DNA from: Adineta vaga
Lineage: Eukaryota; Animalia; Rotifera
Assembly: GCA_021613535.1 (NCBI GenBank)
Contig: CP075494.1
Coordinates: forward strand, 2,480,001-2,544,000
Direction of reading: 5' to 3'
DNA length: 64,000 nucleotides
Shown piece after piece: positions 11,839 through 25,652 of the stretch. The translations under genes were made by a program, and so were the position numbers. A model generated the notes under the pieces. The model saw only the letters and a program-made list of their open reading frames with translations. It was not told the origin of the DNA and made no database searches. The stretch's first letter is position 1. Every line of letters starts with the position of its first letter.

Positions 11839-11892
11839 TTGAGGATGTGGGTGTGGGTGTGGTATATTTATTCATCAATCTCACTCATACCA
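11839..11892. repeat. Telomere-like hairpin element, right arm degraded
   Basis: ttgaggatgtgggtgtgggtgtgg-tatatttattcatcaatc-tcactcatacc; spacer resembles the copy at 45645. Confidence 0.7.
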
Positions 11893-12381
11893 AATTTGCA
11901 GATGGTGGTAATCTCGAATCAGTTGCCATGACTAATATATGTCAAGGTAATCTGCGTCCAAACAGTGTGTCTCTATCGAGAACTATTTCACTTTGATTGA
12001 TAGTTTTTATTGAAGCACAAACAATTTGTGCATTGCACTGTGCTGCAATCAAGATACGACGCATCTACGATAATAGTACTCTATTTTTCAGCCATTGTAC
12101 ACACTGTTTGATTCATCGATGTTTTATCTCTAGGAAAATATGAAAAAAGTACATTTATGTTTCAATGCATATTCATTGGAGAGATATCGATTGGTTACTA
12201 GAAATAAAACTTTGAACATTCCTTTTTTTTATCCAATGACTTTCTGGACATGCTGTATAGTTACTTTATTTCGATCTCGTATTGAATTTCAATGTATGAC
12301 AGATGAATCAAATTGATATGATCAATGTTTTTATAAAACTATCTATAAATTTTTACATAATAAATACAAATTATCTTTTTC

Positions 12382-13856
12382 TTAAAAGCGTAAAGTAAAT
12401 ATTTCTTCAATCATTAAAAGTAGATTTCTGATTGTTCCATTACATAGATCTTCTAAAACATCCGAAGGCATTGTTGGTACCGAACCCATAATTCCAATCG
12501 TTAAACTTCCATTAACAGTTTGTACAAAAATATAAGGCATAACAGTTAAAATTAAATTCAAAAAAGGTGTTGTATCAACAAGTTTCCATTGTCCATATTG
12601 TTCTTGAAAAGGTAATCGACCCCAATTTGATATAATACAAGTGGGAACTTCTGCAAAATTCGGTTGATGAATATTTTTTTGATAAAGTCTTCCTAACATC
12701 ATCGCAAGAACATGAATATGTCCAGCATCAAGTGAATTTTTTAAATGAGTTCCAAATCTCATTGCTAATTTCCACATTCCATCGGATGTTGTTGGTATTT
12801 CTCGTTTTGGCATTGTAAATGCCATTGTTGCTGATGCATGAAAACTTAAATCATGATTTGGAATTTGTGGATTACATCTTTGTCGTGTATTTGCTGTTAA
12901 GGCTAAAACCAATTGAGCATCGTGTTCTTTTTTTGTATTAACTAATTTCGAAATTGCACATAAAACTGCACTACTAATCGCGGATGTCATTGTTACACCT
13001 TCACTTCGACACTTTTCTAATAAATCTCGTGTAGCATCTGCATTTAATCGACCGTAAAACACTTCAGTATGACAATTTTTGGCCATTTCTGTAATGGAAT
13101 CATGAACGAGTGTTAAAGGGATTCGGGCAGTATGTCGACAACTTGTTGCACGCCAATATAAAGCCATAGGAATAAATCTTCCATATGTTCGAACACGATT
13201 CCATTTAGAAAGAGTTCGTCGAACTGCAGCTTCCATTGTTATCGGCCAATTTAATGATGTTTCAAACATATTTGTATTATCGTTACTTAACGAAAGAAGA
13301 AGTTCATGAGCGACTGTACTTAATGATAAACCATCACAGATACTATGTTCACATATGACAACTATTTCACGAGGACTACTATCATCATTATCATCATTTG
13401 GATCCTAAATTCATTTAAAAAAATATTCATTCAAAAAAACATATTGGAAAATACTTGTAAAAGCCAAAATTCTGCAAGACCTTGACCAATAACTGCTGGC
13501 TCTTTTTCTCTTAGTTTCCATTCTTGTTGCCAAAAATTGGCGTGATCAGACCGATTTCGTGGAATTTCGATAATATTCAAATCAAGCGAATAATCTTCTT
13601 GAAGAAGATAAGTTCCAGATTTAGCTGAATTCATTTCTAATCGACTTCGAAGAAATGGATGACGAAGTTGTAAACGACGAACTGCTAAGATGAAATTTTC
13701 TATAGGAATATAAGGTCCATGCAGATGTAAAACTTCACCAACTTTCATATAACCAAGATGTTGTTGCGATGTGGTAACTAATGCATTCTCTGCTGAACCC
13801 ATTAATCGTTGTTTTAATTGTTTTAATGACGCTCTTCGGCGACCTTTCGTTGTCAT
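12382..13856 (-). CDS. CoA-dependent acyltransferase (alcohol acetyltransferase / condensation-domain fold), one intron 13405-13454
   Basis: LQLRHPFLRS, EHSICDGLS (HxxxDG), CRSEGVTMTSAI, ISNWG. A 50-nt GT-AG intron joins ORF 13431..13856 to the 12382 frame. Confidence 0.85.
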
Positions 13857-14794
13857 TTTTCAACTATATCAACAAAAATCATATCACCGATTCTATGGGT
13901 GTACTCATCATCTTAAATGTGATATTTCGTATCTCATATGGATCCTCCCTCACACATATGGAACAATTCAGCTGAATTAGGAGTTAGTCCTATTCTATCA
14001 CTGTCTGAAGAAGTATCCATACGAGACATGAAACATGACATTTTCATATAATAAACAATGAAGAGTATTTCAAATGACAAATTCGAAATATTATTCAACC
14101 TTGTCAACAAGAAAAGTATGACTATTGTACTTCTGCGAATCACTCTCCAAATGATTTCTAAATAAAATGATCTTACTTTTATTTGTTTTCAATGAAAATG
14201 AAAGGAAAAATATGTGAGTAGGTGAGAGAATATCTAATCGTATTCAATTGGGAGAGAGAGAGAGAGAGAGAAATGATGTTTTCTTTTATAAATGATTGCA
14301 TGCATCGATTAAGCACATTTTTTCTATGTAGAAAAAAGTGCATGTATAAAATATTTTCTTGGACATAGTTCACTCTTTGCAGAAAAAATCAAATCAATGA
14401 AATGATGTCGTTTGTATTTTTCATTAGAAAAATAACAGTTACCTTTTTGTTTTCGTTCTAATTATATCAATGTAACAGAACGAGAAAAAAGAAAATTATC
14501 TATACAAGTTTTCTTTTTTGTTTAAATAAACACAATTAATGAGTGTAAGAACAAAAATCCATCTCAAAAGATCGGATATTTTTTGAAAAACTTCAATGTG
14601 TAGTAGGAATAGATTCTTTTTGATCGGCACTGATATATGCATGTATGAATTAGATGGATGTACAACTAAAACTATGTCTTTCGCGGAAAGAATTCTTTGA
14701 TATTGATAAAATCTTCCAACAAAGCACGAAAAGGAAGAAAAAAACAAGGTTATCACAGGAGATTATTTTCATTTGTTGTTTGTCGTTGAAAGCG

Positions 14795-16693
14795 ATGGCT
14801 TCTGATCGAGATGTTTTTACCTGTGTTTGGCTTGATAATAGTGTTGATTCAGGTGAAGAAAATAGAAATGTGCAAAAGAAACTTCGTCAAATCATTGAAA
14901 ATTTACGTACGTTTGATAATGTGGAAGTTTGTGAAAAATATCTTCGAAAAACAACGAAAGAAAGTCTCATTTTGATTGTTTCTGGTACATTTGGTAGACA
15001 AATTCTTCCATCAGTTTATGATCTATCACAATTAATTTCATTTTACGTATTTTGTCAAGATAAAAAAGGAAATGAAGAATGGGCAAAGAAATATTCCAAA
15101 GTAAAATATATTTATTGCAAAAATTGAAAAACAAATTTGAATCTTTTATGTTCATAGCTAAGTGGTGTTTGTACAACTTATGTCGAATTAATCAATTGTG
15201 TTTCAAAAGATCATAGTGCTCGGACAGGAACCGAAGAAAATCCATTAATTTCAGTGATAAGTTCAACTTCTGATAATTTAGAATCTCGAAATGCGACTTT
15301 TATGTGGTTTCAATTATTCATCGAAGTTCTTCTACGAATGCATCATAAAACAACTGATCGAAAAGAATTAATCAACATCTGCAAGAAAACATATATTAAT
15401 GACACTGAAGTATTGAAAATAATCGATGAATTCGAGAAAAATTACTCTGCAGACCAATCCGTCTGGTGGTACACTCGTGATACATGTTTTTATCGAATGT
15501 TAAACAAAGCTTTACGTAATCAAGATTTCGATATGTTATTTATTTTTCGATCTTTTATTACTAATATTGCTAAACAAATACAGGAGGGTTATGAAGAATT
15601 TATTCGAACGAATGGAAGTCGAAATCTGATTTTTGTTTATCGAGGACAGATGATTAGTATGAATGAATTGGAATTGATGAAGAATAATATCGATGGATTT
15701 TTGTCAATGAATTCGTTTCTATCAACTAGTCGAGATCGAGCAGTTGCAGTTCAATTTGCTCGGATGTGTCAAGGACGAAATCGAATGCGACCGATTTTAT
15801 TTGAAATTGAAATTAATCCAAAATTACGAACAAAAGCTTTTGCTGACATCAGTAAAAAGAGTGATTTTCAAAGTGAACATGAAGTATTGATTATGCTTGG
15901 GGCTTTGTTTTGTATTAAAAAAGTGACCGAAGATCCAAAAGATAAAGTTTGGGTGGTACGTGCGAGTCTTGCCAGTGATGATGATTATCATTTGAAAGAA
16001 TTGTTTGCACATATGAAAAGTAAAATTGGTGATGATACAAATCTTGATACTCTTGGCAAACTTTTACTTCGAATGGATGAAAATGAACAAGCGAGAAAAT
16101 GTTATCAACGATTGGTCAAAGAAACACAATTAGCTTTAGCTGATGCTCAATTAGGACTCGGATGGGCTTCATTAAAATGTAATGATGAACAAGAAGGTCT
16201 CGAACATTTTCAACAAGCCTTGGAAATAAGACAAAGACTCTTAGGAGAAAATCATCCTGATGTTGCTGAAATTTTAAGTTTTCTTGGTGAAACTTATCGT
16301 ATGATGAATAATTATGATCAAGCTTTAACTTATGTGATCAAAGCAATGGAAATTGAAGAACAAACACTTCCACCAGATTCTCTCAATTTAGCAGCGACAT
16401 ATGATACTTTAGGTACAATTTATACCACACTACATCAATATGATTTAGCTTTGATTTATTATGAAAAAGTTTTGAAAATTCGTCAAGCAGCTTTACCATC
16501 GACTCATCCTCAGATGGCTGCAATTTATGGACATTTGGGATATTTATTTAAAGATAAAGGAGATTATTCAAAAGCTTTGAATTATTATCAAAAGTCATTA
16601 GACATCGCACGAAAAGCTTTATCACCGGAACATTCTCTAATTACTAGAGCACAAGATAACATTCGCCTATTGAACGAAAAAATGAAACAATAA
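14795..16693 (+). CDS. Receiver-like N-terminus + R-S-E ADP-ribosyltransferase + TPR protein; intron about 15101-15158
   Basis: VWLD..., WWYTRDTCFYRMLNKALR, VYRGQ, NSFLSTS, EHEVL, then kinesin-light-chain-type TPRs (HPDVA, HPQMA). Confidence 0.9.
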
Positions 16694-17208
16694 TATGTTC
16701 TATAGTTATCATACATAAATAAATCTTTTGAATGAACTACTTGACGATGATGCATGATTAGAATCGAAGGCTTGAAAAATATGAAGATTTTTTTTTAATT
16801 TTCTACTTCATTTTCGACTTTATCTGTTATTACATGCACAAACGCGCACCAATGAAGGTGACAAAAACGATGATTTAGCAAAAATCTACCTTGGTACGCG
16901 CCCGCATATGGATAAAGAAATATGCATGATTCATCTCTTGAGGTTTCAGCTGTAAAAGCACAACTCTTCGTAACGCATGACAAACTACAGAGGACAGTGG
17001 ATCGCTTGAAACGTAGCGCAAGGTGAATGAGTCACAGTAATCACATGCACACATGCTTGACAGTTACCACCGAGTTTACTTCCGAGGCATGACTATCGAT
17101 ACGTATAAAAAACGGCTATATGAGTTGTAGTCATTAGATATTGCATCTGACGATCCAAATCAAATCGAAGAAAACGCAGTTGACGTAATAAAAGTGATAA
17201 ATAGTAAT

Positions 17209-17883
17209 ATGGCAGCACCAAAATCATTTTCTACGGTCGATGTAAACATTGCCCAAGTTATTTTGGAAGTAGTCATTATTCTCGTTACCGTGCTCGAACC
17301 AGTTCAAAGTGCCTATATGCGACGATATATAAAAGTTCTCGTCGGTGCTCTCCTTCTAGAAACAACATTAATTGCAGCATATGCCTATATGCTTCATGCT
17401 ATGCTTGACGCTGTTCTAGCAATGATTTTATGGGAAATATACAAACTAGTTCGTCTCTTTGTTAGCCTTGCATTGTGCTATCCGATGACCATTTTGATAA
17501 ATCACACCGTGAAACTACACGCAGTTTTTTATTCTTCTGGGAAGCATCATTATTGTTGGCACAGTAGTGAACTATATGAAAAGTATTTCAGGAACACCAT
17601 CAGGTTTCAACAATGTTGCTTTTATGTTGATTTTTGTATTTACATTGCAGCAGTAGTATAAACTTAAGCAGAACATCGAAGCGAACATGGGGATGAAATC
17701 CGAAGTCTCAAAAGTCTAATGGCGATTGAAATCGTCCTTATTTCACTAAATGCCCTACTGATTGTTCTGTTCTTCAGCGGATCAACACATCTTCTTCAAT
17801 CATTACGATTGTCACTAACTTTGGTGCAGTACCTAAAAATTCACATGGTCATATCATTATTTGCCTCGCATAGAACTATCTAA
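17209..17883 (+). CDS. Unknown multi-pass membrane protein, probably frameshifted
   Basis: Several hydrophobic stretches in ORF 17194..17661 and further hydrophobic sequence in another frame to about 17883; TATA-like motif at about 17104. Confidence 0.35.
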
Positions 17884-18000
17884 CAAAGACAAGTGAAATT
17901 TTACTTTGCATGAAGACTATTGCATGAAAAGCATTTTTGAATCATAATAAATATAGAGTTATAGTAATTAAGGGTGATCGTCATTTTATGTAGACACCAT

Positions 18001-18070
18001 CTTGAGGATGTGCATTATGGCGTGTGAGGGAGTAGGAAGAACACTCACAATTCACACCCACACCCTCAAG
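18001..18070. repeat. Telomere-like hairpin element
   Basis: cttgaggatgtg...cacacccacaccctcaag inverted termini. Confidence 0.75.
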
Positions 18071-18247
18071 TAAAGAAATAAGAAAAGTATTTGAATTAGG
18101 ACAGTCATGTTTTCTTATGTTTAACGATACGAACATTCAAGAGTTCATCATTGGTGATTTACAAGAAGCTTCTAAAACAATGATCCAATGCCTATCATCT
18201 GAGCTTTTACTCGTTCCCAACTATTCACCTACTGAATCGATAGTGAT

Positions 18248-18670
18248 ATGGCTAAAAATACATATCATGAACTTATACTGTACTGTACACCACTGAACTG
18301 TAACGTTCTAGCATGTACACAGGATGGTATTCAAGCTTTTATTACCATTTTATTTCATCTAGAAGTAAATGAATACAAATGTGATAGAGATATCACCGTT
18401 CATCGAGATGTTGTTCTTGATGATGAATGTGTCTTGGAAGGATCTAAAGAAGGTGCTATAATTATAACCACAATTTTTCTGTCGACTTCAAAAGTTTAGA
18501 ACATTGCAGATCAATTTGGGACCGTTGCTTTTGACCCCAAAAAACCCAACCAGATATCGCTTTTGTCTACATATCATATTCATAATTATCGATGCACAGC
18601 TTTGCAGATAGAAGGATTGTCACATTTGAATGAAGATCTTATGCTATTTCGTTCATATAAGATCATTATA
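18248..18670 (+). pseudogene. ADP-ribosyltransferase domain remnant
   Basis: ITVHRDV...TIFLSTSKV*NIADQF...TALQIEGLSHLNE follows the R / STS / E layout with an internal stop. Confidence 0.55.
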
Positions 18671-19747
18671 TTTGAGGATGTAGATGAGCGTGTATTACTC
18701 ATTACTCTTCATCTTTATGTATACCTTTAGGGTGTCTCAGATTGAATACGAATAGGTGCGTTTAGAAACGATGATATTATCTATAGTTCATTTGATCTCA
18801 TCGATTTAAAATGAAGCACTAGATAAGAAGTAGTTTGCCATCCATCCATTTTGAAAGATTTGGTTAATTAATGATTATACTATTCATGACTAAGAATGCT
18901 TTTCTCAATCTATTATCTAGATGAAGTAGTTTTTTGTTTATTACATTATAATAAGTCATTTATTGGTTCGATTCATAATGTTCTATACATTTTCTTGCCG
19001 TTTACATTTAGAAGATCTGTTCTTTTCTTGTATAATCTATTATTTTTCGGCAAATATATGACATTCTTTCGCAAATAATCATTTCTCCGATTTTCTCTCT
19101 AATTAAAAAGATAAAAGAGATTGTTCTTATTGAAGACAACGACAACTACACGTACTCGTTAATAAAAAAATCTAATTCAAAATTACGTGCATGAAGAAAA
19201 GGTAAAATGAACTCTAACATAAAAAAGAAGGTCAATAATCAAGTATATCTCTTTTCATGACAATCTATTTTTGGAGGTGCAAAAACGTATTTTCGGGAGG
19301 ACACATCATCACATCGCCCCTCTGGATAAAACACTGTTTTCAATGATGAATGATTTAAATCAACATGATAATATAAAGAAAATATCCGATTTTTGCTAAC
19401 TATTCTATTTAGTATATAAGACAATGAATTTGGTATAATTGATCTTTTGAATGTATGAGATACGTATAACTATAAATAAAACACCTTTATCTTCGTTTAA
19501 TCTAATAAATTCTTCATGCATTCATTTCCTTTTCCTTATTTCTTCCTAGTAACTAAGTTTATATTTATAGCTTGTAATTAATTGTATTAAAAGTTATAAT
19601 TTCACTCTTTCAGAATATAACTATTCATTCCTTATCAAATAGTCACGCATCGACATGAGAGAACAGTGTTTGAAAGAGATTTTTTCAGACGCATATGAAA
19701 ATATAATATAAAAAACGAAGTAAAAAAGTACAGATACTATTCATATC

Positions 19748-20775
19748 ATGTCGTCAGCAGTAATTGCATCTTTAGTTAATGCTTATCAACAAGTGATTAT
19801 TTACATGGGTATTCCTATTTTATCGATTGGTCTTATTGGTGGTTTGTTCAATGTACTTGTTTTTTTAAGTCTTCGAACATTTCGAGAAAGTTCCTGTGCA
19901 TTTTATTTTACTATTATGTCTATGGTAAATACTGGCCAGTTATTAATAGGTTTAGGTTCACGTATTCTGATTAGTGGTTTTAATATTGATTTCACACGTA
20001 GTTCGTTATTTTATTGTAAATTTCGAACATTCTTTTTTCAAGTAATGGCATTCTGTTCTCTTATGTGTATTAGTCTAGCAACAATGGATCAATATTTTGC
20101 AACATGTACACGTCCTCATTGGCAAGTATGGAGTAATATTCGAGTAGCACGACGTATTGTGATAAGTGTGATTATTATGATCATTATCGAACAGATACCT
20201 TGCGTGATTTATTATGATCATAGAATATCATTACCATCGAATGAAACGATTTGTATAATAACAAATACGAATTTTGAAAAATTCAATGTTTATGGTAATT
20301 ATCTTATTTTGGGAAATTTAATTCCTCATACACTTACTTTTTCATTTGGTATACTTGCTTATCGAAATATTCAACAATTAAGTTATCGAACTGTTCCATT
20401 AGTTCGACGAGAACTTGACAAACAATTAAGTACGATGGTTCTGGTTCAAATTAGTTATATTTGTTTGACGATCACACCAAATCTAATTATTTATATTGTA
20501 GCAACATATGGAAATATTCAAGATTCTACTGTTCGATCACAAATTAATCTAGCTTATGCAATTACACTCTGTTTATATTATTCCTTTTTTGCTGTAAGTT
20601 TTTTTCTTTCATTTTTCAAAGTTTTTTCTTCTGATCTTTATAGTCTCCATTCTATATCTATATACTGGTTTCTGAACGTTTTCGTCGACAATTCTTTTAT
20701 GTAATTTTCCAGATGCATATTAATCGATGGTGTCCACATCGGGTTGCTCCACGTGTACCTACTATCTCAACATAG
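19748..20775 (+). CDS. Rhodopsin-like orphan GPCR; intron 20594-20643
   Basis: Seven hydrophobic segments, GGLFNVLVF, CKFR, LATMDQY; spliced exon SPFYIYILVSERFRRQ. Confidence 0.9.
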
Positions 20776-20876
20776 ATGCTGACGAAGATCAAATACATAT
20801 ATTTTCTATAATCATGTATCCATTGTTGTTACTTCGAACTATAAATTGACTATAGTTTCACTTTAAATAAAATATC

Positions 20877-20933
20877 TTGAGGGTGTGGGTGTGGGTATCA
20901 ATTCTTTATTTTAGCCGACACGTACACCCTCAA
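20877..20933. repeat. Telomere-like hairpin element
   Basis: ttgagggtgtgggtgtggg...cacgtacaccctcaa, a few bases after AATAAA. Confidence 0.8.
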
Positions 20934-21479
20934 ATTATATCGACTCAAGTGGTATTATTTTTTTGACCAGAAATGTACGATACGAACACTTATAAGATGA
21001 AAATGAGTAAGAGAATACTCATTTCTGTGTTTTTTACTTCCTTAAATGTTATTCATATCGGTATCATACGAAGGGTGTTATGAGTATTTTGTAAGTGAAA
21101 GTATAATGGTGTAGTCATTATGTCTGTTGTCATCCATACAATCCAATATGAAGATGACGAAAGAGAAAAACATTGCTTCCTAATTGTTGAGAAAATCATG
21201 TTGTTTTAAATCATTTATAGCTTGATCAGTCATTTCAATATCCATTAGTCATAAATGCAAATTGGTAAAAGCCTAACATAAAAAACAAATATCGTTTTCT
21301 TTTCATTCGTTTTCGTGTACGTCATATATTCAAACGCGCGTGATCGATTCTGTTTCATAGAAGAAGTGAAACTGCCTATATAAATATAATCGATGTATTG
21401 AAAGTGCATTGGTTGACGTTTGTTAAATATTCGACGACGTTATCAATTGAATATTTTTTTAGATATTAGAAAGTATCAA

Positions 21480-24400
21480 ATGGGATCAAACAATCATAGT
21501 CAAACCGAAGAGAGTCCAGTCTGTTATTTTCTAATGATTCTACATGATGAAAATGATTACTATTGTCAATTTAGGAAGAAGTTTCTTGTTTTGTTCGAAT
21601 AAATTATCGAAATTCGATTTTAGTCCAAAAGATCAACGAATATAAAATACTTCACAATGATCAAATTATTTATAAAGGTTGTTTACAGGATGGAGGTTAG
21701 TTTTAGATTAGATGTATTCTCTCAATAAATTTATTTTCAATCTGTTTAGAATCATTTACATTTAAATCGATACGAAATCCGAATAAATCTACGTTTAAAT
21801 TAGATATTTATCGTAATAATATATTTGACGATGAGATCATTTCTTGTTGTGAATATGGTTTTATGAATGATAATCAATACAATTCATTTCAAGTTGAACA
21901 AATTATTGGATCACAAGCATGTCGAGTGTAAGACGATTTATTAATGCTATTTGAGAAGAAAAGTGAGTTTTTTCTTTTCAGATGTCAATCAAAATCTAAT
22001 GTATTGTCCGCACAATCATTGAGCGAAGCATTAGAAAGTACTTTGAATATAGATTCGACTGACCTCGTCAATTCTCATACTAGTAATTTTGCATCGGAAA
22101 AAACGATTGGTAACTAAAACGTTGATTAAAAGCTTTTTTTTGTCAAAAGAAATGATTCTTTAAAGGACCTCCACAATTATCACCAATGTCATCGGTAAGT
22201 GAGCATTCTGTTTCACCATCAATAAGCGACTACAATTCAGATGTTTCACTCAATCAAAATAGAAACACACAAAGTTTGAAAAAAAAACGATCTAGAAAAT
22301 AAGAAATCTTCTGTTTTTTCTTGATTTAGTTTCGAATATCACTGAAAATATTTCTTTCTCAAACGATTTTATACAATTGTTGTCAAATCTTTTGTACAAT
22401 TCAATGTGTAAGTTAGTCTTTCTATGAACCGATATTCGATCGTTCGAGAATGATAACGAGATATATTCATTGTTATAGTTCAAACGTCTAATGACACAGA
22501 AACTCAATCAACTAGAATTTTTCGAGAGAAAGGCAACGTTGAATGGTTTAATCTGATATATTTGCATTCTTCACCTCCTGATCCATCGATCATACAAAAA
22601 ATTCGTCGTCTGATAAATATCGTCAAAATCTTCGATGATGCTGATGAATGTATTGCATGTATCAATAGTTTAACAAATCAAAAGTTGATTCTAATTCTTT
22701 CCGACGACTTTGGCGATTTATTTCTTCCAAGAATCAAAGACGATCTTCAAATTTCATCAATTTATGTTTTATCTGAAAATCCAAATATGAATTCAACATT
22801 TTCTTCCAATCAAATTCGAGGTGTTTATCGATCGATTGATGAAATTTATGAAATGCTATCGGATGATATTAATCCAATGAAATATGATGCAGTCATTTTT
22901 GAATCCGTTAATATGACTAATACTAAACTGAATACGAAAGTTCTTTTCTTTCGATTACTTTATAATGCTCTTTCTGATCCAAACGAAACTAAAAGTGCTT
23001 TCCAAGAATTAGTTCATTTTGCTCGTCAAGAATATGAAGGAAATCTATATGAATTAGCACAAATTGAAGAATTTGAACGAAATTACAAAAGTACTCACGC
23101 AATTTCCTGGTTGCTTCGACCTTGTTTTCTATTGAAAGTAAGTAAATTCATTTTCCATCAAAATCTATTTAATAAAAATCATTTGTTTAGATGTTACATC
23201 GAGCTCTTTTTCTTCACGAAATCGATATATTATTTAAATTTCGTGGCTTTCTTCAAGACTTAAATGTCGCATTAACCAAAGAAAATCAAAGTGAACCGAT
23301 TAGTATTTATTTGGGAAAGACGATTGAACAATCAGAAATCGATTCAATCGAATCATTCCGAGAGAACGGAAATTTAGTAACATTTCAACATTTATTATTT
23401 GCTTCAACGGATCGATCACAAGCAATTGTAAGAGCGAAAAATCTTACACGTCGTAGTGACGAATTTTTAAATCTTCTCATTCGTATTGATTTTCCATCCC
23501 CAACGGGATATCTAACTCGGTTTGATCAACATTTATCGTCGCATGATGATGGAATAAATTTGCTTATTTCCCCAATTGTCATGACAAAAATCATCGCTAT
23601 TGATAAAGATTATCAAAAAAATGGTTATATACTAATACATTTACAGTGTGTTTCGCTTGGAGATGAACCCGATTTTATAGAACATTTCGAGACAATACAA
23701 AATGAAATTGAAAGTACATCTCCATTATTACAATTAGCAAAATTATCATTTAAATTTAATTATCAATGGACTGCTGAACAATTTTTCTCAAATCTTCTTA
23801 ATGAAGATATTCTTATCGATGATATTAAACGACAAACTTCTATAGCACAAGGATTAGAATTATTAGCAGTAAATCATTTTCAACTAGAAAATTTCAAACA
23901 TGCCAGTGAATTATTTCTTCTTTGCTTAAAAGCCTACCATCGATTTCTATCAAAGGATGATACAGTTTTATATTTAACCTATCGTGATCTTGGTGAATCA
24001 TTTTATCGTATTGCTGAATATCAATTGGCTATTGACAACTTTCAATTAGCATTCGAAACTCAACTTCATTCAAATACTCCCAGTTTACTTTATTCAGCGT
24101 ACTGTTACTATAGATTGGGTTCAGTTTATTTTAAACAAGGAAATGATCAAAATGCTATTCAAGCTTTGGATCGTGCTGAGAAAATTCTTAAACAATCTGA
24201 CGAAGTGCATCATACGGAACTCATTTCAATTTATGAAACTTTAGCTGAATATTATATTAACAAAGAAAACTATGATAACGGTGTTATTTATTATAAGAAA
24301 ATCATCGTAGTTCATCAATCTATCCAACCACATGATTCAAAAGAACTTCATTTAGCACATTTTATTATTGCAAGTTATTATTTAAAAAAATTAGATTATT

Positions 24401-24810
24401 CCAATGCCATGATTTATTATGAACGTGCATTTGATTACAGTAAAGAATATTTACCAGAAAAACATCATACTTTTGTATTACTTCATAATAATATTGGTTA
24501 TACATATTATAAACAGGAAAAATATTCAAACGCATTGTATCATTATTCGAACGGTCTTCTATTAGCATCGGAATGTTTACCTGAAAATTCTACTTTGATC
24601 GGCACACTTTTATCGAATACAGCATTGGTTTATTCAAATGTTGGAAGATTCGATGAAGCCATCGAAACAATGGAAAAAGCGATTGCTCAACTTCAGAAAG
24701 CTCTTTCAGATGAGCATGAAGAAGTTATCTATAAGCGAACGTTATTAGATGGAATCAAACGAAAGAAACTTCTTTATAGTGTTATTGGAGAAATTTCAGA
24801 TTATTTCTAA
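21480..24810 (+). CDS. Multi-exon gene: DUF4590/ERICH3-like N-terminus + receiver-like + degenerate ART + TPR array (joining of the 5' exons is inferred)
   Basis: Short exons give IIYKGCLQDGESFTFKS...ISCCEY...GSQACRVC. ORFs 22562..23263 and 23191..24810 are joined by an intron (about 23138-23190) and end in TPRs. An A9 run near 22280 shifts the frame. Confidence 0.7.
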
Positions 24811-25170
24811 CAATGATTTGATTTATTTTTGAATATTTTTTTCTGTTAAATTAAGTTTTATTCGTATTCGAGAGATTTCATCGATTCTCAATGATTGATA
24901 ATCACAATGTAACAAGATATAAACACGAAAGAAAAAGCACTCTTGTAATCTTTATATACCATTTGTTAAAGGTCTATTAAATGATAACGTAGGCGATCTG
25001 AATGAAAGAAACGAAGGAAAACGTGTTTTCTCTCCTATTTCTAACTTTATTGATTGTTGTATCACGAGAATGTACGTCACAAATTTGTTTTTCCCTCTAA
25101 ATTTGCTGTCGTTAATCGTTGTATATGACACACATTTAGTTTTTATTAACATTTAAATATATTATGACAT

Positions 25171-25284
25171 GGGTGGATGTGGGAGGGTGTGATCGAGGCT
25201 TAACAGTAAAGTCTAACCCAGACCCAGATCCACACTCGCACCCACACGAACACACACCCACCCACTCGATACCCACATCCTCAA
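25171..25284. repeat. Telomere-like hairpin element, long degenerate copy
   Basis: gggtggatgtgggagggtgtg...cacccacacgaacacacacccacccactcgatacccacatcctcaa. Confidence 0.7.
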
Positions 25285-25652
25285 CGATACAACACTCATA
25301 TTTACATGTATATCAGTAACAAAAGATACTCAATTATTATTCTTCGAATAAAGATAAGAAAATAGTTATAAAGAAAAAAAATCTTTTCATTTATCTTTTA
25401 TTGATATTGGAAAAAAAGACGATAAAAAGAAAGAATCTCATAAAAACAAGAAATTTTGTCAAAGTAAGATACGCGTTTCTTTCATCTAAAATTTTAATCT
25501 AAGTTTTTTCTTTTACATTTGAATATTTGAAAAGAAAAACGCAGATTTTACTCTACAGCAATCCAAAATTTTGTCTCATTGAAAAAAAAACAATTTCTTA
25601 TCTTAGAAAAATATAATCAAATAGAGAACGAGAAAGAGTCCTGCCTTTTCTA

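Noticed and set aside
1-13856. Bacterial contamination as the source of the enzyme island
   Set aside because: Genes are interleaved with spliceosomal introns, Pol III-type tRNA genes and the same host repeat family as the rest of the window.
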